Shown: in pieces, positions 19,269 to 29,412 of the stretch
How the letters are laid out: the number at the start of each line of letters is the position of its first letter
How positions within the stretch are numbered: the first letter of the stretch is position 1
Translations under genes and position numbers: made by a program
DNA from: Bradymonadia bacterium
Lineage (GTDB): Bacteria > Myxococcota_A > Bradymonadia > UBA7976 > UBA1532
Reading direction: 5' to 3'
Assembly (NCBI GenBank): GCA_046290225.1
Contig: JBKAGE010000075.1
Coordinates: 1 to 64,000 of the forward strand
DNA: 64,000 bases
The notes under the pieces: generated by a model
Databases searched by the model: none
What the model was told of the DNA's origin: nothing
Seen by the model: only the letters and a program-made list of their open reading frames with translations

Positions 19269-20720
19269 ATGGACCCTCAGGTCTTCGCCATCGGATTGTG
19301 TGTGGTCTATGCCCTGGCCACGTACGGGCTGTCGATCATCGGCATGCGCAAGACGTCTTCATTGAAGTCGTTCGCCCTGGGCAAAGGTGACATGTCACCG
19401 CTGCTCGCTGGGGTGACCATGTCGTCGTCGATCGCCTCGACGGCCACCTTCGTCATCAACCCTGGTTTCGTCTACACCGAGGGGCTCTCCGCCTGGGCGC
19501 ACTACGGTATCTCCGCCATGGCTGGCCTCATCTGTGCCCTCATCGTGTTGAGCAACGGTTTCCAGAAGATCGGCCGCAGCGTCGACGCCGTCACCCTGCC
19601 GGATTGGATGCGCAAGCGGTACGACAGCCCTGCCATGGGCTTCACGTTCGCCTTCCTGACGCTGTTCTACATTTCCTTCGTGGTGCTGATCCTCGGTGGG
19701 AGCGCCATCATCATCAACGGGCTCTTCGGCATCGATTACCACTGGGCCCTGGTGGGTGTACTGGTCTTCGTCTTCGGCTATGTGCTCATGGGCGGCACGT
19801 ACGCGCACGCCTACACGAACTTCTTCCAGGGCGTGCTCATGGTGTTCATCGCCCTCATCGTCTTCGGCTCGGGCTGGGAGCATCTGACCAACGGCTTCGG
19901 TGAGAAGCTCGCCGCCATCGGCACCAGCTTTGCGAGCTGGACCAACCCCGACAGCAAGCTCTACTACGACATGTTCTCGGTGTTCATCTCGAGCTTCGTG
20001 ATCACCTTCGCCCTGATGTTGCAGCCCCACATTTTGACCAAGCTGCTCTACATCAAAGACGACAAGAAGGTGCGCCGGCAGTTCCTCGCCGTGGCCATCG
20101 TCACTGCGCTGATCTTCAACCTGATGCTCTTCGCAGGCTTCTACGCCAAATTCGATGGGGTGGTGGGCAGCTGGAACAACGTGACGGTGAACTACATCAA
20201 AGAGGCCTTCGACCCCTACCTGGTGACCTTCATCTTGATCACCCTGCTCGCTGCGGGCATGTCCACCCTCGACGGCATCCTGGTGTCGATCTCCTCGGTG
20301 GTGGTGGCTGATCTGGTGATTCCACTCTCGGGCAACAGCGAGAAGATGGTGGAGAAGGGTCTGTCGATGAGCCGATATGTACTCGTCGCTGTAGGCCTGG
20401 TTTCGCTGGCCATCGCCTGGGACGCCCCCAAGTCCCTGGGACTCTTCGCTCAGTTGGGGATCTACGGCCTCGTGGCGGCGGCGTCACCGCCCCTCGTGGT
20501 GGGCATCCTGCGGCCGAATTTCAAGCAGGGGAACGCGATGTTGCTGCTCGCAGGGCTGAGCATCGGGATGCACTTCGGGCTGCGCTTCGGATTGGACATC
20601 ATCAATCCCGCGGTGACGGCTGCCTGGGGGGTGATCGCTGGGGTGGGGATTGGGTTTGTGTTGTCTTTTGTTCAGAGTGGGCAGGGGTCTGCGGAGGTGT
20701 CCTCGCTGCGCTCGCAATGA
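19269..20720 (+). CDS. Sodium:solute symporter family protein (PanF/PutP-like)
   Basis: About 13 TM segments; ASTATFVINPG, TLPDWMRKRYDS, LAAGMSTLDGIL; ATG after AGGAG. Substrate not determinable. Confidence 0.88.
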   Translation: MDPQVFAIGLCVVYALATYGLSIIGMRKTSSLKSFALGKGDMSPLLAGVTMSSSIASTATFVINPGFVYTEGLSAWAHYGISAMAGLICALIVLSNGFQKIGRSVDAVTLPDWMRKRYDSPAMGFTFAFLTLFYISFVVLILGGSAIIINGLFGIDYHWALVGVLVFVFGYVLMGGTYAHAYTNFFQGVLMVFIALIVFGSGWEHLTNGFGEKLAAIGTSFASWTNPDSKLYYDMFSVFISSFVITFALMLQPHILTKLLYIKDDKKVRRQFLAVAIVTALIFNLMLFAGFYAKFDGVVGSWNNVTVNYIKEAFDPYLVTFILITLLAAGMSTLDGILVSISSVVVADLVIPLSGNSEKMVEKGLSMSRYVLVAVGLVSLAIAWDAPKSLGLFAQLGIYGLVAAASPPLVVGILRPNFKQGNAMLLLAGLSIGMHFGLRFGLDIINPAVTAAWGVIAGVGIGFVLSFVQSGQGSAEVSSLRSQ

Positions 20721-20770
20721 GAGTTTCGGGCACGGGCACGGGCACGGGCACGAGTTTTACGGGTGTGGAC
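20702..20770 (+). repeat. GGGCAC extragenic element, copy 3
   Basis: CTCGCTGCGCTCGCAATGAGAGTTTC-(GGGCAC)4 at 20728-20751-GAGTTTTACGGGTGTGGAC; contains the symporter TGA (20718-20720). Confidence 0.9.
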
Positions 20771-20902
20771 AGTGCAGCCTGAGGCTGCATGTCTTGGAGC
20801 GAGTGGAGGGCGGCGTAGCCGGCCGGAGGGAGCGGAAAGGCACCCGTAGGGCTGGCCACTGTTGGGTACTGACAGTGCAGCCTGAGGCTGCATGTCTTGG
20901 AG
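20768..20902. repeat. Two exact 32-bp direct repeats with a palindromic core
   Basis: GACAGTGCAGCCTGAGGCTGCATGTCTTGGAG at 20768-20799 and 20871-20902; core TGCAGCCT-G-AGGCTGCA; 71-bp spacer. Confidence 0.9.
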
Positions 20903-21061
20903 AGGTAGGGGCTTGGTTTTCGGGCCCAATAGGTTCCCGCTCAAATCACCAAAAGTACCACCCGGGAAACTGAAATCCACATCAGGCCGAACCCGCGGAG
21001 GAGTGGAGGTCCCGGTCGTGGTCGACTGCGGCGGCAAATGCCTTTGTGAGGTGTAGTGGCT

Positions 21062-21174
21062 GGGTGGTGATTCACCCGCAGGCGATGCTGGAAGCATCGT
21101 CGAGGATGGAAGCGCCGCACAGGCGCTGCGCATCGCGCCGCAGGCGGCCGCGAACGGGGCTGGAGCTCCGGAGC
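21062..21174. repeat. Structured intergenic element B, copy 1
   Basis: TTCACCCGCA-GGCGATGCT.GGA.AGCATCGTC-GAGGATGGAA, further GC-rich hairpins, ends GGAGC next to a convergent stop; paralogue at 41951-42060. Confidence 0.65.
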
Positions 21175-22134
21175 TTATTTCTTCAGGCCGATCTCCGCGA
21201 GGCGGAGATCGAGGTACTCGCGGGCCGTGCGGTTCGGGTACTTCACCTCGCCACCGGTCTTTGCCACGCAGCTGGGGAGGGGGGTCAGATCCACCTCGCC
21301 TCGGGGGTGCACGAAGAAGGGCATCGAGAAGCGGCGGCTGCGATCGTCGGCGGGGTTCACCACACGGTGCGTCGTGCTCTTGAACAGCCCGTTGGTGATG
21401 TGCTGCAGCATGTCGCCCGAATCCACCACCATGTGGCCGTCGAGGGCGTGGATCGGACGCCAGGTGCCGTCGCGCTGCAGGAGCTCGAGACCTTCATCCG
21501 TGGACTCCACCAACAGGGTGATGAGGTTGATGTCCTCGTGGGCTGCGGCGCGGATCGCTGCGGGGTGTGCATCTTCCGCCACGGGGGGGTAGTGGATCGT
21601 GCGGAGGATCGTGTCGCCGCCGATGGCCATGTCCCGGAACAGGCCCTCGGGCTCTCCGGCGTAAATCGCGCAGGCCTCCAGGAGGGCGCCGGCGCAGCGC
21701 TCGAGCTGACCGTAGAGCTCGAGGAGGGTGGGCTTGAACTGCGGCAGCTCTGCGGGCCACAGGTTGCGGGCGTAGTTCTGGGCCGGGTGGTGCGGAGAGT
21801 CCGTGGGGATCTCGGGGCCCACATGCCAGAACTCCTTGAGATCGGGCACCGGGTGATCTTTTGCGTGCTCGCGACCCACGCTGATGTAGCCGCGCTGGCC
21901 GTTGAGCTCGGCAAGCTCATAGGCCTTCTTTGCCGCCTCAGGCAGATCGAAGAACGACTGCACCTCGGCATAGCCGTTCTTGATGAGATCCTGGTCCACG
22001 CCGTGGTTGGTGAGGGCGAAGAAGCCCAGGTCGGTCAGGGCGTCGCCCACCGTCTTGGCGAAGTGGGCCCGGCGATCTGCATCACCGGAGGTCCAGTCTT
22101 CGAGGCTCACCACTGGAATTGTCTGCTCGCTCAT
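21175..22134 (-). CDS. 2-oxoglutarate/Fe(II)-dependent oxygenase (isopenicillin N synthase family)
   Basis: LGFFALTNHGV, LRTIHYPP, HED (HxD), TTHRV distal His, RFSMPFF; ATG after GGGAGAG. Confidence 0.92.
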   Translation of the reverse strand: MSEQTIPVVSLEDWTSGDADRRAHFAKTVGDALTDLGFFALTNHGVDQDLIKNGYAEVQSFFDLPEAAKKAYELAELNGQRGYISVGREHAKDHPVPDLKEFWHVGPEIPTDSPHHPAQNYARNLWPAELPQFKPTLLELYGQLERCAGALLEACAIYAGEPEGLFRDMAIGGDTILRTIHYPPVAEDAHPAAIRAAAHEDINLITLLVESTDEGLELLQRDGTWRPIHALDGHMVVDSGDMLQHITNGLFKSTTHRVVNPADDRSRRFSMPFFVHPRGEVDLTPLPSCVAKTGGEVKYPNRTAREYLDLRLAEIGLKK

Positions 22135-22310
22135 CAGCGCTCTCCCCTGTAGGCTCCAAATATGAACGACATTTCGAGTGCCTGAAACGGCCCACTCGCC
22201 TGGGCCCGGGCACTGATGTGTCGGGGCCGGGTATCTTACACTCATCATCCGCGCGAATCGAGCGCCAGAGTGCCGAGGATGTTCAGAAATTCCCACACAC
22301 AGGTCTTCCC

Positions 22311-24221
22311 GTGCAGGCGCTGATCGAGGCGAGCTGGATCGCACATCGGTGGAGCCTTGCCATCGTGTGTGTCGCCTTCAGCGTGCTCGGGGTGGTGTTG
22401 AGCCGGGGGCATCGAAGGGCAATCCACCTCGCCTTTGGTGCGTTGACGCTCTCCATCATCGAGGTGAGTGCGGTCCTTGCCCCCGACCTCGGTGGGTGGC
22501 CCGTGCCGCTGAGCAGAGCACTCCACAGTTTGACGTTGCTTGCGTGGATATGGTCGTTGAGGCGCCAGAAGAGCCCCTCCGCTCAGCCTGCCCTTGCCGG
22601 TGCTCTGTTCGCCATCGCGATCATCATGGTGGGGTTGCCCCAACTGCCCGTGAGCGAAGGGCCCGTGGCCCAGCCATGGAGCGGGCTGGTATTGCTGATC
22701 TTTGCTGGGGGCTTTGCCAAGGCGTTTCCCCTTGCGCGTCAGCGCAACTCGCACATTTCCCTCGCCGTGGCCCTCGACGCGGGCATTCAGGCCATCGCGC
22801 AGTTCGTCTTCTTGTTCACCCCTGCAGATAGCCCTTGGACGCTCGTCGGCTGGGGGGTCGTGGCTGTGGGGTATGGCGGTCTGGTGCTGGGGGCTCTCGC
22901 CGCGAGCACCCAAAAGTCCGCTCACGCGCATGCGGCTGACATCCAGCGCGCCCTCGCTGAATCCAGCGCCCGCATCGCCGAGCTCGAACACGCGCTGCGG
23001 GTGCAGATCGAGGCAGCCGCAGGGCAGGCGAAGCCGGCGACTGAGGGGGCGCCTCTCGCTGACAAGCTTCGGCAGGAGCGGGATGCGCTTCTGACTCAGG
23101 TTGACGGCCAGAAGGCCCTGCTCGCGTTGTTGCCTGATGCCTTGATCAAGGTCGATCCCGATCAACAGATCGTCGAGGCCCGGGTGGAGCGCACGCTGCT
23201 TGCTCAGTGCGCCCTCGAAGGTCGCGCTGTCATCGAAGCCCTCACGACAGCGCGGGTCTCTGAGCAGCACGTCGAGCATGTCCGAGTGGCCATGCGCCGG
23301 GCTCAGGTGACCGGCGAGGCCACCCTGGAGATGCCCTTGAGCCTCGAGGGCAGACCACGGCGTGTAGAGGTGCGCATCGTCAGCGACGGCAACCGAGGGT
23401 GGGCTGGGCTCGTACGAGACATCACCGAGCAGTGGCAGGCCGATCTCGCCCTCAAGACCCATACCCGGCGGTTGGAGCAGAGCAACCAGGACCTCACCGA
23501 CTTTGCAGCGGTCATCACCCATGACCTCCAAGCGCCCGTGCGCAAAATCAGGGCCTTTGGCGAGCTGCTCCGGGGGCCAGCGTCCAAGCATCTGGACGAA
23601 GAAGCTCAGGACTACCTCGAGCGCATGCATCAGTCAGCAGATCGGGTGGTGCAGTTACTGCGCGATCTGCACAGCTTGTCTTTGATCTCTACAGACGCCC
23701 AGCCGTTTGCCCCCGTACCCCTCGAGCATGTCGCCGAGGAGGTGGCCACAGATGTGGGGCGTAGCCTGCGAGAGGCTCAGGGCACCATTCACATCGAGCG
23801 TCTCCCCGTCGTGGAGGCAGAGCCGCGGCAGATGCGTTTGCTGATTCAGGCCCTCGTCGACAACGCCATCAAGTTCCGGCACCCCGAGAGGCCCTTGAGA
23901 GTACAGATCTCTGGCAAGGTCGACTCTGGTGGGCGGTGGGCCAGCGTCACCGTCACCGACAATGGGGTGGGTTTCGACCCCCGGCAGGGAGAGCGCATCT
24001 TCAAGCTCTTCACACAGCTACGAGGTGTCGAAGAGGGCACCGGCCTCGGTCTCGCCATCTGTCGACGGATCATGGCCCATCACGGTGGCGCGCTCACCGC
24101 TGACAGCATCGAGGGTCAGGGGTCCCGGTTCACCTTCAGGCTCCCCGTGCGGCAGCAGATGCTTTCGCGAATGTTGTCGGGAGAATCCACCCCCGTTGAG
24201 TCACCGCCTTCAGGGTTGTAA
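22311..24221 (+). CDS. Membrane-bound sensor histidine kinase with PAS-like region
   Basis: About six N-terminal TM segments, coiled coil, RDITEQ, H-box THDLQAP, DNAIKF, DNGVGF, GTGLGL. Start uncertain (ORF open from 22119; GTG 22311 chosen). Confidence 0.82.
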   Translation: MQALIEASWIAHRWSLAIVCVAFSVLGVVLSRGHRRAIHLAFGALTLSIIEVSAVLAPDLGGWPVPLSRALHSLTLLAWIWSLRRQKSPSAQPALAGALFAIAIIMVGLPQLPVSEGPVAQPWSGLVLLIFAGGFAKAFPLARQRNSHISLAVALDAGIQAIAQFVFLFTPADSPWTLVGWGVVAVGYGGLVLGALAASTQKSAHAHAADIQRALAESSARIAELEHALRVQIEAAAGQAKPATEGAPLADKLRQERDALLTQVDGQKALLALLPDALIKVDPDQQIVEARVERTLLAQCALEGRAVIEALTTARVSEQHVEHVRVAMRRAQVTGEATLEMPLSLEGRPRRVEVRIVSDGNRGWAGLVRDITEQWQADLALKTHTRRLEQSNQDLTDFAAVITHDLQAPVRKIRAFGELLRGPASKHLDEEAQDYLERMHQSADRVVQLLRDLHSLSLISTDAQPFAPVPLEHVAEEVATDVGRSLREAQGTIHIERLPVVEAEPRQMRLLIQALVDNAIKFRHPERPLRVQISGKVDSGGRWASVTVTDNGVGFDPRQGERIFKLFTQLRGVEEGTGLGLAICRRIMAHHGGALTADSIEGQGSRFTFRLPVRQQMLSRMLSGESTPVESPPSGL

Positions 24222-24275
24222 ACAAGAGCCCTGTGAAGTTTTACAGACTGCAGAACATCCACTGAGGAGGGTGCC

Positions 24276-25469
24276 GTGCACCAAGCGTTCCTGGATCACT
24301 TGAGCGAGCAGCTCGAAGGCATCAAGGCCGAGGGGCTCTACAAAGAGGAGCGGATCATCGTCTCGCCTCAGCAGAGCGAGATCGAGGTTGCCGGGGGCCA
24401 GAAGGTCATCAACCTGTGCGCCAACAACTACCTTGGGTTGTCGAGCCACCCCGAGCTGCTCCTCGCCGCCCACCGGGGCCTCGATCGATATGGCTACGGC
24501 ATGTCCTCGGTGCGGTTCATCTGCGGCACCCAAGATGTGCACACCGCCCTCGAGGCCAAGCTGTCGAGCTTCCTCGGGACCGAAGACACAATCTTGTTCT
24601 CCTCGGCCTTCGACGCCAACAGCGGCCTCTTCGAGCCCCTGCTCACCGCCGAAGACGCCGTCATCAGCGACGCCCTGAACCACGCCTGCATCATCGACGG
24701 CATCCGGCTCTGCAAGGCGAAGCGGTTCCGCTACAAGAACAACGACATGGCCGATCTCGAGGCCAACCTGAAGGCCGCAGTTGAGGCCGGGGCTCGGCAC
24801 AAGATCATCGTCACCGATGGTGTCTTCTCCATGGACGGCTACATCGCCCAGCTCGATGTCATCTGTGATCTCGCCGACAAGTACGACGCCCTCGTCGCCG
24901 TGGATGACTCTCATGCCGTGGGTTTCATCGGTGCCAATGGCAGGGGTACCCCCGAATATCGTGGGGTCCTGGGTCGGGTGGACATCATCACCGGCACTCT
25001 GGGCAAGGCCCTCGGTGGGGCCAGCGGTGGCTACGTGGCCGCTCGCAAGCCCATCGTCGAGATGTTGCGACAGCGGGCTCGCCCCTACCTGTTCTCCAAC
25101 ACCCTCGCCCCGGTCATCGCTGCCACCTCGCTCCATGTGCTCGAGATGCTCGAGGGCAACGACAGCTTGCGCACCCGTCTGCGTGAAAACAGCATCTTCT
25201 TCAGACAGGGCATGACCCAGTTGGGGTTCAACCTGCTCCCCGGTGAGCACCCCATCATCCCGGTCATGCTTGGTGATGCCGTGCTGGCGCAGAAGATGTC
25301 GGCCATGCTCCTCGAAGAGGGCATCTACGTCATCGGGTTCTCCTACCCCGTGGTGCCACGGGGTGAGGCGCGGATCAGGACCCAGATGTCTGCGGCCCAC
25401 GGCATCGACGAACTCGATCGGGCTTTGAAGGCCTTCGAGAAGGTGGGCAAGGCCCTCGACATCATCTGA
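24276..25469 (+). CDS. kbl: Glycine C-acetyltransferase (2-amino-3-ketobutyrate CoA ligase)
   Basis: [42 protein letters not shown] (PLP Lys), RARPYLFSN; adjacent to tdh. Confidence 0.96.
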   Translation: MHQAFLDHLSEQLEGIKAEGLYKEERIIVSPQQSEIEVAGGQKVINLCANNYLGLSSHPELLLAAHRGLDRYGYGMSSVRFICGTQDVHTALEAKLSSFLGTEDTILFSSAFDANSGLFEPLLTAEDAVISDALNHACIIDGIRLCKAKRFRYKNNDMADLEANLKAAVEAGARHKIIVTDGVFSMDGYIAQLDVICDLADKYDALVAVDDSHAVGFIGANGRGTPEYRGVLGRVDIITGTLGKALGGASGGYVAARKPIVEMLRQRARPYLFSNTLAPVIAATSLHVLEMLEGNDSLRTRLRENSIFFRQGMTQLGFNLLPGEHPIIPVMLGDAVLAQKMSAMLLEEGIYVIGFSYPVVPRGEARIRTQMSAAHGIDELDRALKAFEKVGKALDII

Positions 25470-25494
25470 GGCCTCTCACAGCCTGGAGACATCC

Positions 25495-26541
25495 ATGAAG
25501 TCACTCGTCAAGGCAGAGCGATCCCCGGGCATTTGGATGCAGAACGTGCCAGGGCTCTCTGTGGGGCCCAACGATCTGCGCATCCAGATCCGGCACACCG
25601 CCATCTGTGGCACCGACGTGCACATCTACAATTGGGACGACTGGGCCCAGCGCACCATCCCCGTGCCCATGACCGTGGGTCACGAGTATGTCGGTGTCGT
25701 CGCCGAGATCGGCAGCCACGTCAAAGGCTTCGAGATCGGCGATCGAGTCTCGGGCGAGGGCCACATCACCTGTGGTTATTGCCGCAACTGCCGCGCTGGC
25801 CGCCGGCATCTCTGCCGCAACACCGAAGGGGTTGGGGTGAACCGCCCTGGGGCTTTTGCGGAGCACCTCGTCATCCCCGCGGTGAACGCCTTCAAGATCC
25901 CCGACGACATCAGCGACGAGGTGGCGTCGATCCTCGACCCCCTCGGGAACGCCACCCACACCGCCCTGGCCTTCGATCTCGTGGGCGAAGACGTGCTCAT
26001 CACCGGCGCGGGGCCCATCGGCTGTATGGCCGTGGCCATTTGCAAGCATGTCGGGGCTCGCCATGTGGTCATCACTGATGTGAACCCCTATCGACTCGAA
26101 CTCGCCCGCAAGCTCGGGGCCACTCGGGCCCTCAATGTCGCCGAGGCGGGCGCAGAGGGTGGCGAGGGTATGCTGCGCGACACCATGCGCGATCTCGGCA
26201 TGACCGAGGGGTTTGACGTGGCGTTGGAGATGTCAGGCAACGTCAGCGCCTTCACCGACATGCTCTCGGTGATGAATCACGGTGGTCGGGTGGCACTGCT
26301 GGGCATTCTGCCCGACAAGGCCGCCATCGATTGGGATCAGGTCATCTTCAAGGGGTTGGTGCTCAAGGGCATCTACGGCAGGGAGATGTTCGAGACCTGG
26401 TACAAGATGATCAGCATGTTGCAGAGCGGCCTCGATGTGACGCCCATCATCACCCATCAGTACCCCATCGACGATTTTCAGGCGGCTTTCGACGTCATGC
26501 GCTCGGGGCAGTCGGGGAAGGTGATCCTCGACTGGCGGTGA
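25495..26541 (+). CDS. tdh: L-threonine 3-dehydrogenase
   Basis: [23 protein letters not shown] structural Zn site, [20 protein letters not shown]. Confidence 0.97.
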   Translation: MKSLVKAERSPGIWMQNVPGLSVGPNDLRIQIRHTAICGTDVHIYNWDDWAQRTIPVPMTVGHEYVGVVAEIGSHVKGFEIGDRVSGEGHITCGYCRNCRAGRRHLCRNTEGVGVNRPGAFAEHLVIPAVNAFKIPDDISDEVASILDPLGNATHTALAFDLVGEDVLITGAGPIGCMAVAICKHVGARHVVITDVNPYRLELARKLGATRALNVAEAGAEGGEGMLRDTMRDLGMTEGFDVALEMSGNVSAFTDMLSVMNHGGRVALLGILPDKAAIDWDQVIFKGLVLKGIYGREMFETWYKMISMLQSGLDVTPIITHQYPIDDFQAAFDVMRSGQSGKVILDWR

Positions 26542-26672
26542 GCCACCTTTCCTTTACTTTTCTCCAGCAGATGACGTCCCTCTGAGACATCGTGTCCCAT
26601 CACCACTGCAGGGTCCTTGGCAGCAAAGGCCGTGCGGTTCATGATGGAGCGTCGTCTGAGGGAGGATGAGCC

Positions 26673-28502
26673 ATGGGGGAGAGTGACCGGCCATCTGGGC
26701 AAACCTCACGGGGGTGGGCGCAGGCCATCACACACAGAGCAGATGCCGTCGTCTTTTTGAAGAGCGGGTCTGTCGTGCACTGGTCTCCTGTCGATCAGGC
26801 GTTGAGCCAGCACATCGGCCTCGAGGCAGGTGCGGCCATTGAGGTCGTGCGCACCCGGTGCCCCGAGGGGGTGACACTACGGGTGCTCGACGAGACACCC
26901 GATGGCCAGGTCTGGGCGCTCCTCAGCGACGTACGGGGCGTGATCACTGCCCTCGAGGCCGCTGAAGGTGATTTTCGTGCCCTCATCGAGCACTCGCCAG
27001 ATGCTCTTGCGGTGTGTCGTGGCGAGGCGATCGTCTACACCAACCCACGAATGCTCAATCTGCTGGGGTTGTCCTCGAGCGAGGCCCTGCTGGGGCAAGC
27101 CCTCAGCAACATGGTGCACACAGAAGAGCGCCGCAGCCTCGAGCGGTTCGCCGCCCAGGGCGCCTCGTACCAGTTCAGCCCGCGCACCTTCCGGTTGCGC
27201 CATCACACTGGCCACCAGGTCATGGTGGAGATGTTGCAGTTCCCCGTGCGCTACGAAGGCGAAGACGCGGTCGTACTGCTCGCTCGAGACGTCACCGAGC
27301 GTCAGCAGCTTCTGGCGCGGGCGGTGCAGATGGACCGTACCCTCGCTGTGGGCGCGCTGGCCTCCGGGGTCAGCCACGAGATCAACAACCCGCTTGCTTT
27401 CGTAAGTGCCAACCTCGAGTTCGCCATGCATGAGCTCGACTGGCTCACTCAGTGGTTCGAAGCCCAGGGGATGATGCCGGGGCTCACAGATACAGGCATT
27501 CGCAGCCGGCTCGACGAGATGAGGGATGCCCTTGCCGAGGCTCGGGAGGGGGCCGATCGCGTGCGCGGGGTCGTGAGTGATCTGCGTCTGCTCGCCAGAG
27601 GCCCTGATGGCCTGCCCCGGGCCATCTCCCCGGCGCGCATCATGGACTCGGCCATTCAGCTGACCCGGAACGAGTTCAAGCATCGGGCACGGGTCGAGCG
27701 CGACTACCAGCCCACCGCCCCAGTGGTGGTGGACGAGGGGCGTTTGAGTCAGGTGTTCCTCAACCTGCTCCTCAATGCCGCCCACGCCATCCCTGAGGGA
27801 GACTTCGAGCAGAATCGCGTCGTGGCCCGGGTGCGCCAGGGAGATGGCTGGGTGGTCATCGAGGTCTTCGACTCGGGGATCGGCGTGCCCGAGGACATTG
27901 CCGATCGCATCTTCGAACCATTCTTCACCACCAAGCCCATGGGTCAGGGCACGGGGATGGGCCTGTCGTTGTCCAAAGACATCATCGAGTCCATGGGCGG
28001 CCACCTGAGCTTCTCGGCCCAAGCCGAAGGGGGCACCTGCTTCCGCGTAGCGCTGCCCAGCGGGTTGATCGGTGGCGAGCCTACGCCTCTGCCGTCGCAG
28101 CCCACACCCATCGCCGTACCCCGTGGCAGGGTGCTCATCGTCGATGACGAGCCCCTCGTGGGGCGTAGCCTGAGACGCATGCTCTCCGACGAGCACGACG
28201 TCGAGGCCTTGACCAATGCCCGTGCGGCCCTCGACTTGCTGGCTTCAGGGGCGAAGTTCGACGTGATCTTGTGTGACGTGATGATGCCCGACATGAGTGG
28301 GGCGGCCTTTCACGAGGCCCTTCAAGCACAGTGGCCGGAGATGACGCGCCGGTTGATCTTCATCACCGGCGAAGCGTTCACCCCCGATGCCAGGGCTTTC
28401 GTAGAGCAGTCACACACGGTGTGCCTCGACAAGCCGGTGTCGCCTCGACTGCTCCGAAGGGTGATCCGAAAGATGATGGGCACCGCTCTGGGGGCATACT
28501 GA
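26673..28502 (+). CDS. Hybrid PAS histidine kinase / receiver
   Basis: PAS, SHEINNPL H-box, NLLLNAAHA, PFFTTKP.GQGTGMGL; receiver VLIVDDE..CDVMMPDMSG..KP. Confidence 0.92.
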   Translation: MGESDRPSGQTSRGWAQAITHRADAVVFLKSGSVVHWSPVDQALSQHIGLEAGAAIEVVRTRCPEGVTLRVLDETPDGQVWALLSDVRGVITALEAAEGDFRALIEHSPDALAVCRGEAIVYTNPRMLNLLGLSSSEALLGQALSNMVHTEERRSLERFAAQGASYQFSPRTFRLRHHTGHQVMVEMLQFPVRYEGEDAVVLLARDVTERQQLLARAVQMDRTLAVGALASGVSHEINNPLAFVSANLEFAMHELDWLTQWFEAQGMMPGLTDTGIRSRLDEMRDALAEAREGADRVRGVVSDLRLLARGPDGLPRAISPARIMDSAIQLTRNEFKHRARVERDYQPTAPVVVDEGRLSQVFLNLLLNAAHAIPEGDFEQNRVVARVRQGDGWVVIEVFDSGIGVPEDIADRIFEPFFTTKPMGQGTGMGLSLSKDIIESMGGHLSFSAQAEGGTCFRVALPSGLIGGEPTPLPSQPTPIAVPRGRVLIVDDEPLVGRSLRRMLSDEHDVEALTNARAALDLLASGAKFDVILCDVMMPDMSGAAFHEALQAQWPEMTRRLIFITGEAFTPDARAFVEQSHTVCLDKPVSPRLLRRVIRKMMGTALGAY

Positions 28503-28532
28503 GGGGTCCTGGCGAGACAGCGGGCCTCGGAC

Positions 28533-29396
28533 TCATCGCGTACTGTCAGGGGTCTTGAAGCGACGCAGATCCCTCAGGGAGAAGGCGCTCGGCCACGAAG
28601 GGGTCTGCACCGCACCCTCGAGGGGGAACCACACATCGTCGACCGCCCAAGGCGCCTCGAGCACGTGCAGGTCTTCGGCCGGCATGAAGCCCTGACCCAG
28701 GAGCGCCAGCCGACGGCCCGCAGCGTCGGTGACGATGTCGAGAATGATCACCGCGTGGCCGGGGCTGCCACCTTGTACAAAGACGTCACCCCCCTGCGCG
28801 GCACCGTAGCTGGCCACAGAGACGCTGTCTCGGGCCACCGAGCGGGTCCCCGCATAAATGAACAGATGATCGAGCCATTGGCGGAACGTCTCGTGGGTGT
28901 GCCCTCGCCGTCGACCCGAGAGCCGGGTGATGCCTCGACCCTTGATCTTGAAGCGCTCACCCCCAAGCCAGGCGGCATAGGTCGAAACATCACCACTGGT
29001 GAAGTGATATCGTGCCTTTCGAGCGAGCCCGCTGTGCCAGAGATACTCGGCATGGAGCCGGTAGGCGGTGTCGGCGCACTGCTGGCGGTTTTTGGCGCCG
29101 ACGTCGAGGGCGACGATGGCCGCCGCCGGGCGGGACAAGGCATCGCCTGAGTGGCTGAGTACGGTTTGCCGGTCCATGCGGATCGGCAAGCCGCGGAGCC
29201 AGGCACCGAACCCCTCGGCTTTGACCCGCGTGTAGCCCGAAGGTGCCGGAAACCGGCTCTCGAGCGGCACCATCAAGGGCAGGGCCCCCGACCAGTCGGC
29301 GAGCCAGGGGTAGTGCTTCACGTGGACAGCGGCATCGGCCCGGGGGCCACTGCAACTCCAGCACAGGATCCCCAACCAGATCGCCAGCTTCTTCAT
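28533..29396 (-). CDS. Secreted protein, DUF4846-like
   Basis: Signal peptide MKKLAIWLG..; QQCAD..RLHAEYLW, YAGTRS, GGSPGHAV, QGFMPA motifs as recalled for DUF4846. Confidence 0.75.
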   Translation of the reverse strand: MKKLAIWLGILCWSCSGPRADAAVHVKHYPWLADWSGALPLMVPLESRFPAPSGYTRVKAEGFGAWLRGLPIRMDRQTVLSHSGDALSRPAAAIVALDVGAKNRQQCADTAYRLHAEYLWHSGLARKARYHFTSGDVSTYAAWLGGERFKIKGRGITRLSGRRRGHTHETFRQWLDHLFIYAGTRSVARDSVSVASYGAAQGGDVFVQGGSPGHAVIILDIVTDAAGRRLALLGQGFMPAEDLHVLEAPWAVDDVWFPLEGAVQTPSWPSAFSLRDLRRFKTPDSTR

Positions 29397-29412
29397 GAAG
29401 GCACCTTTCTTC

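Noticed and set aside
20768..20902. Possible mini-CRISPR (32-bp palindromic repeats)
   Set aside because: Only two repeats, a 71-bp spacer that is too long, a 1-nt loop palindrome, and no cas genes or leader in the window.
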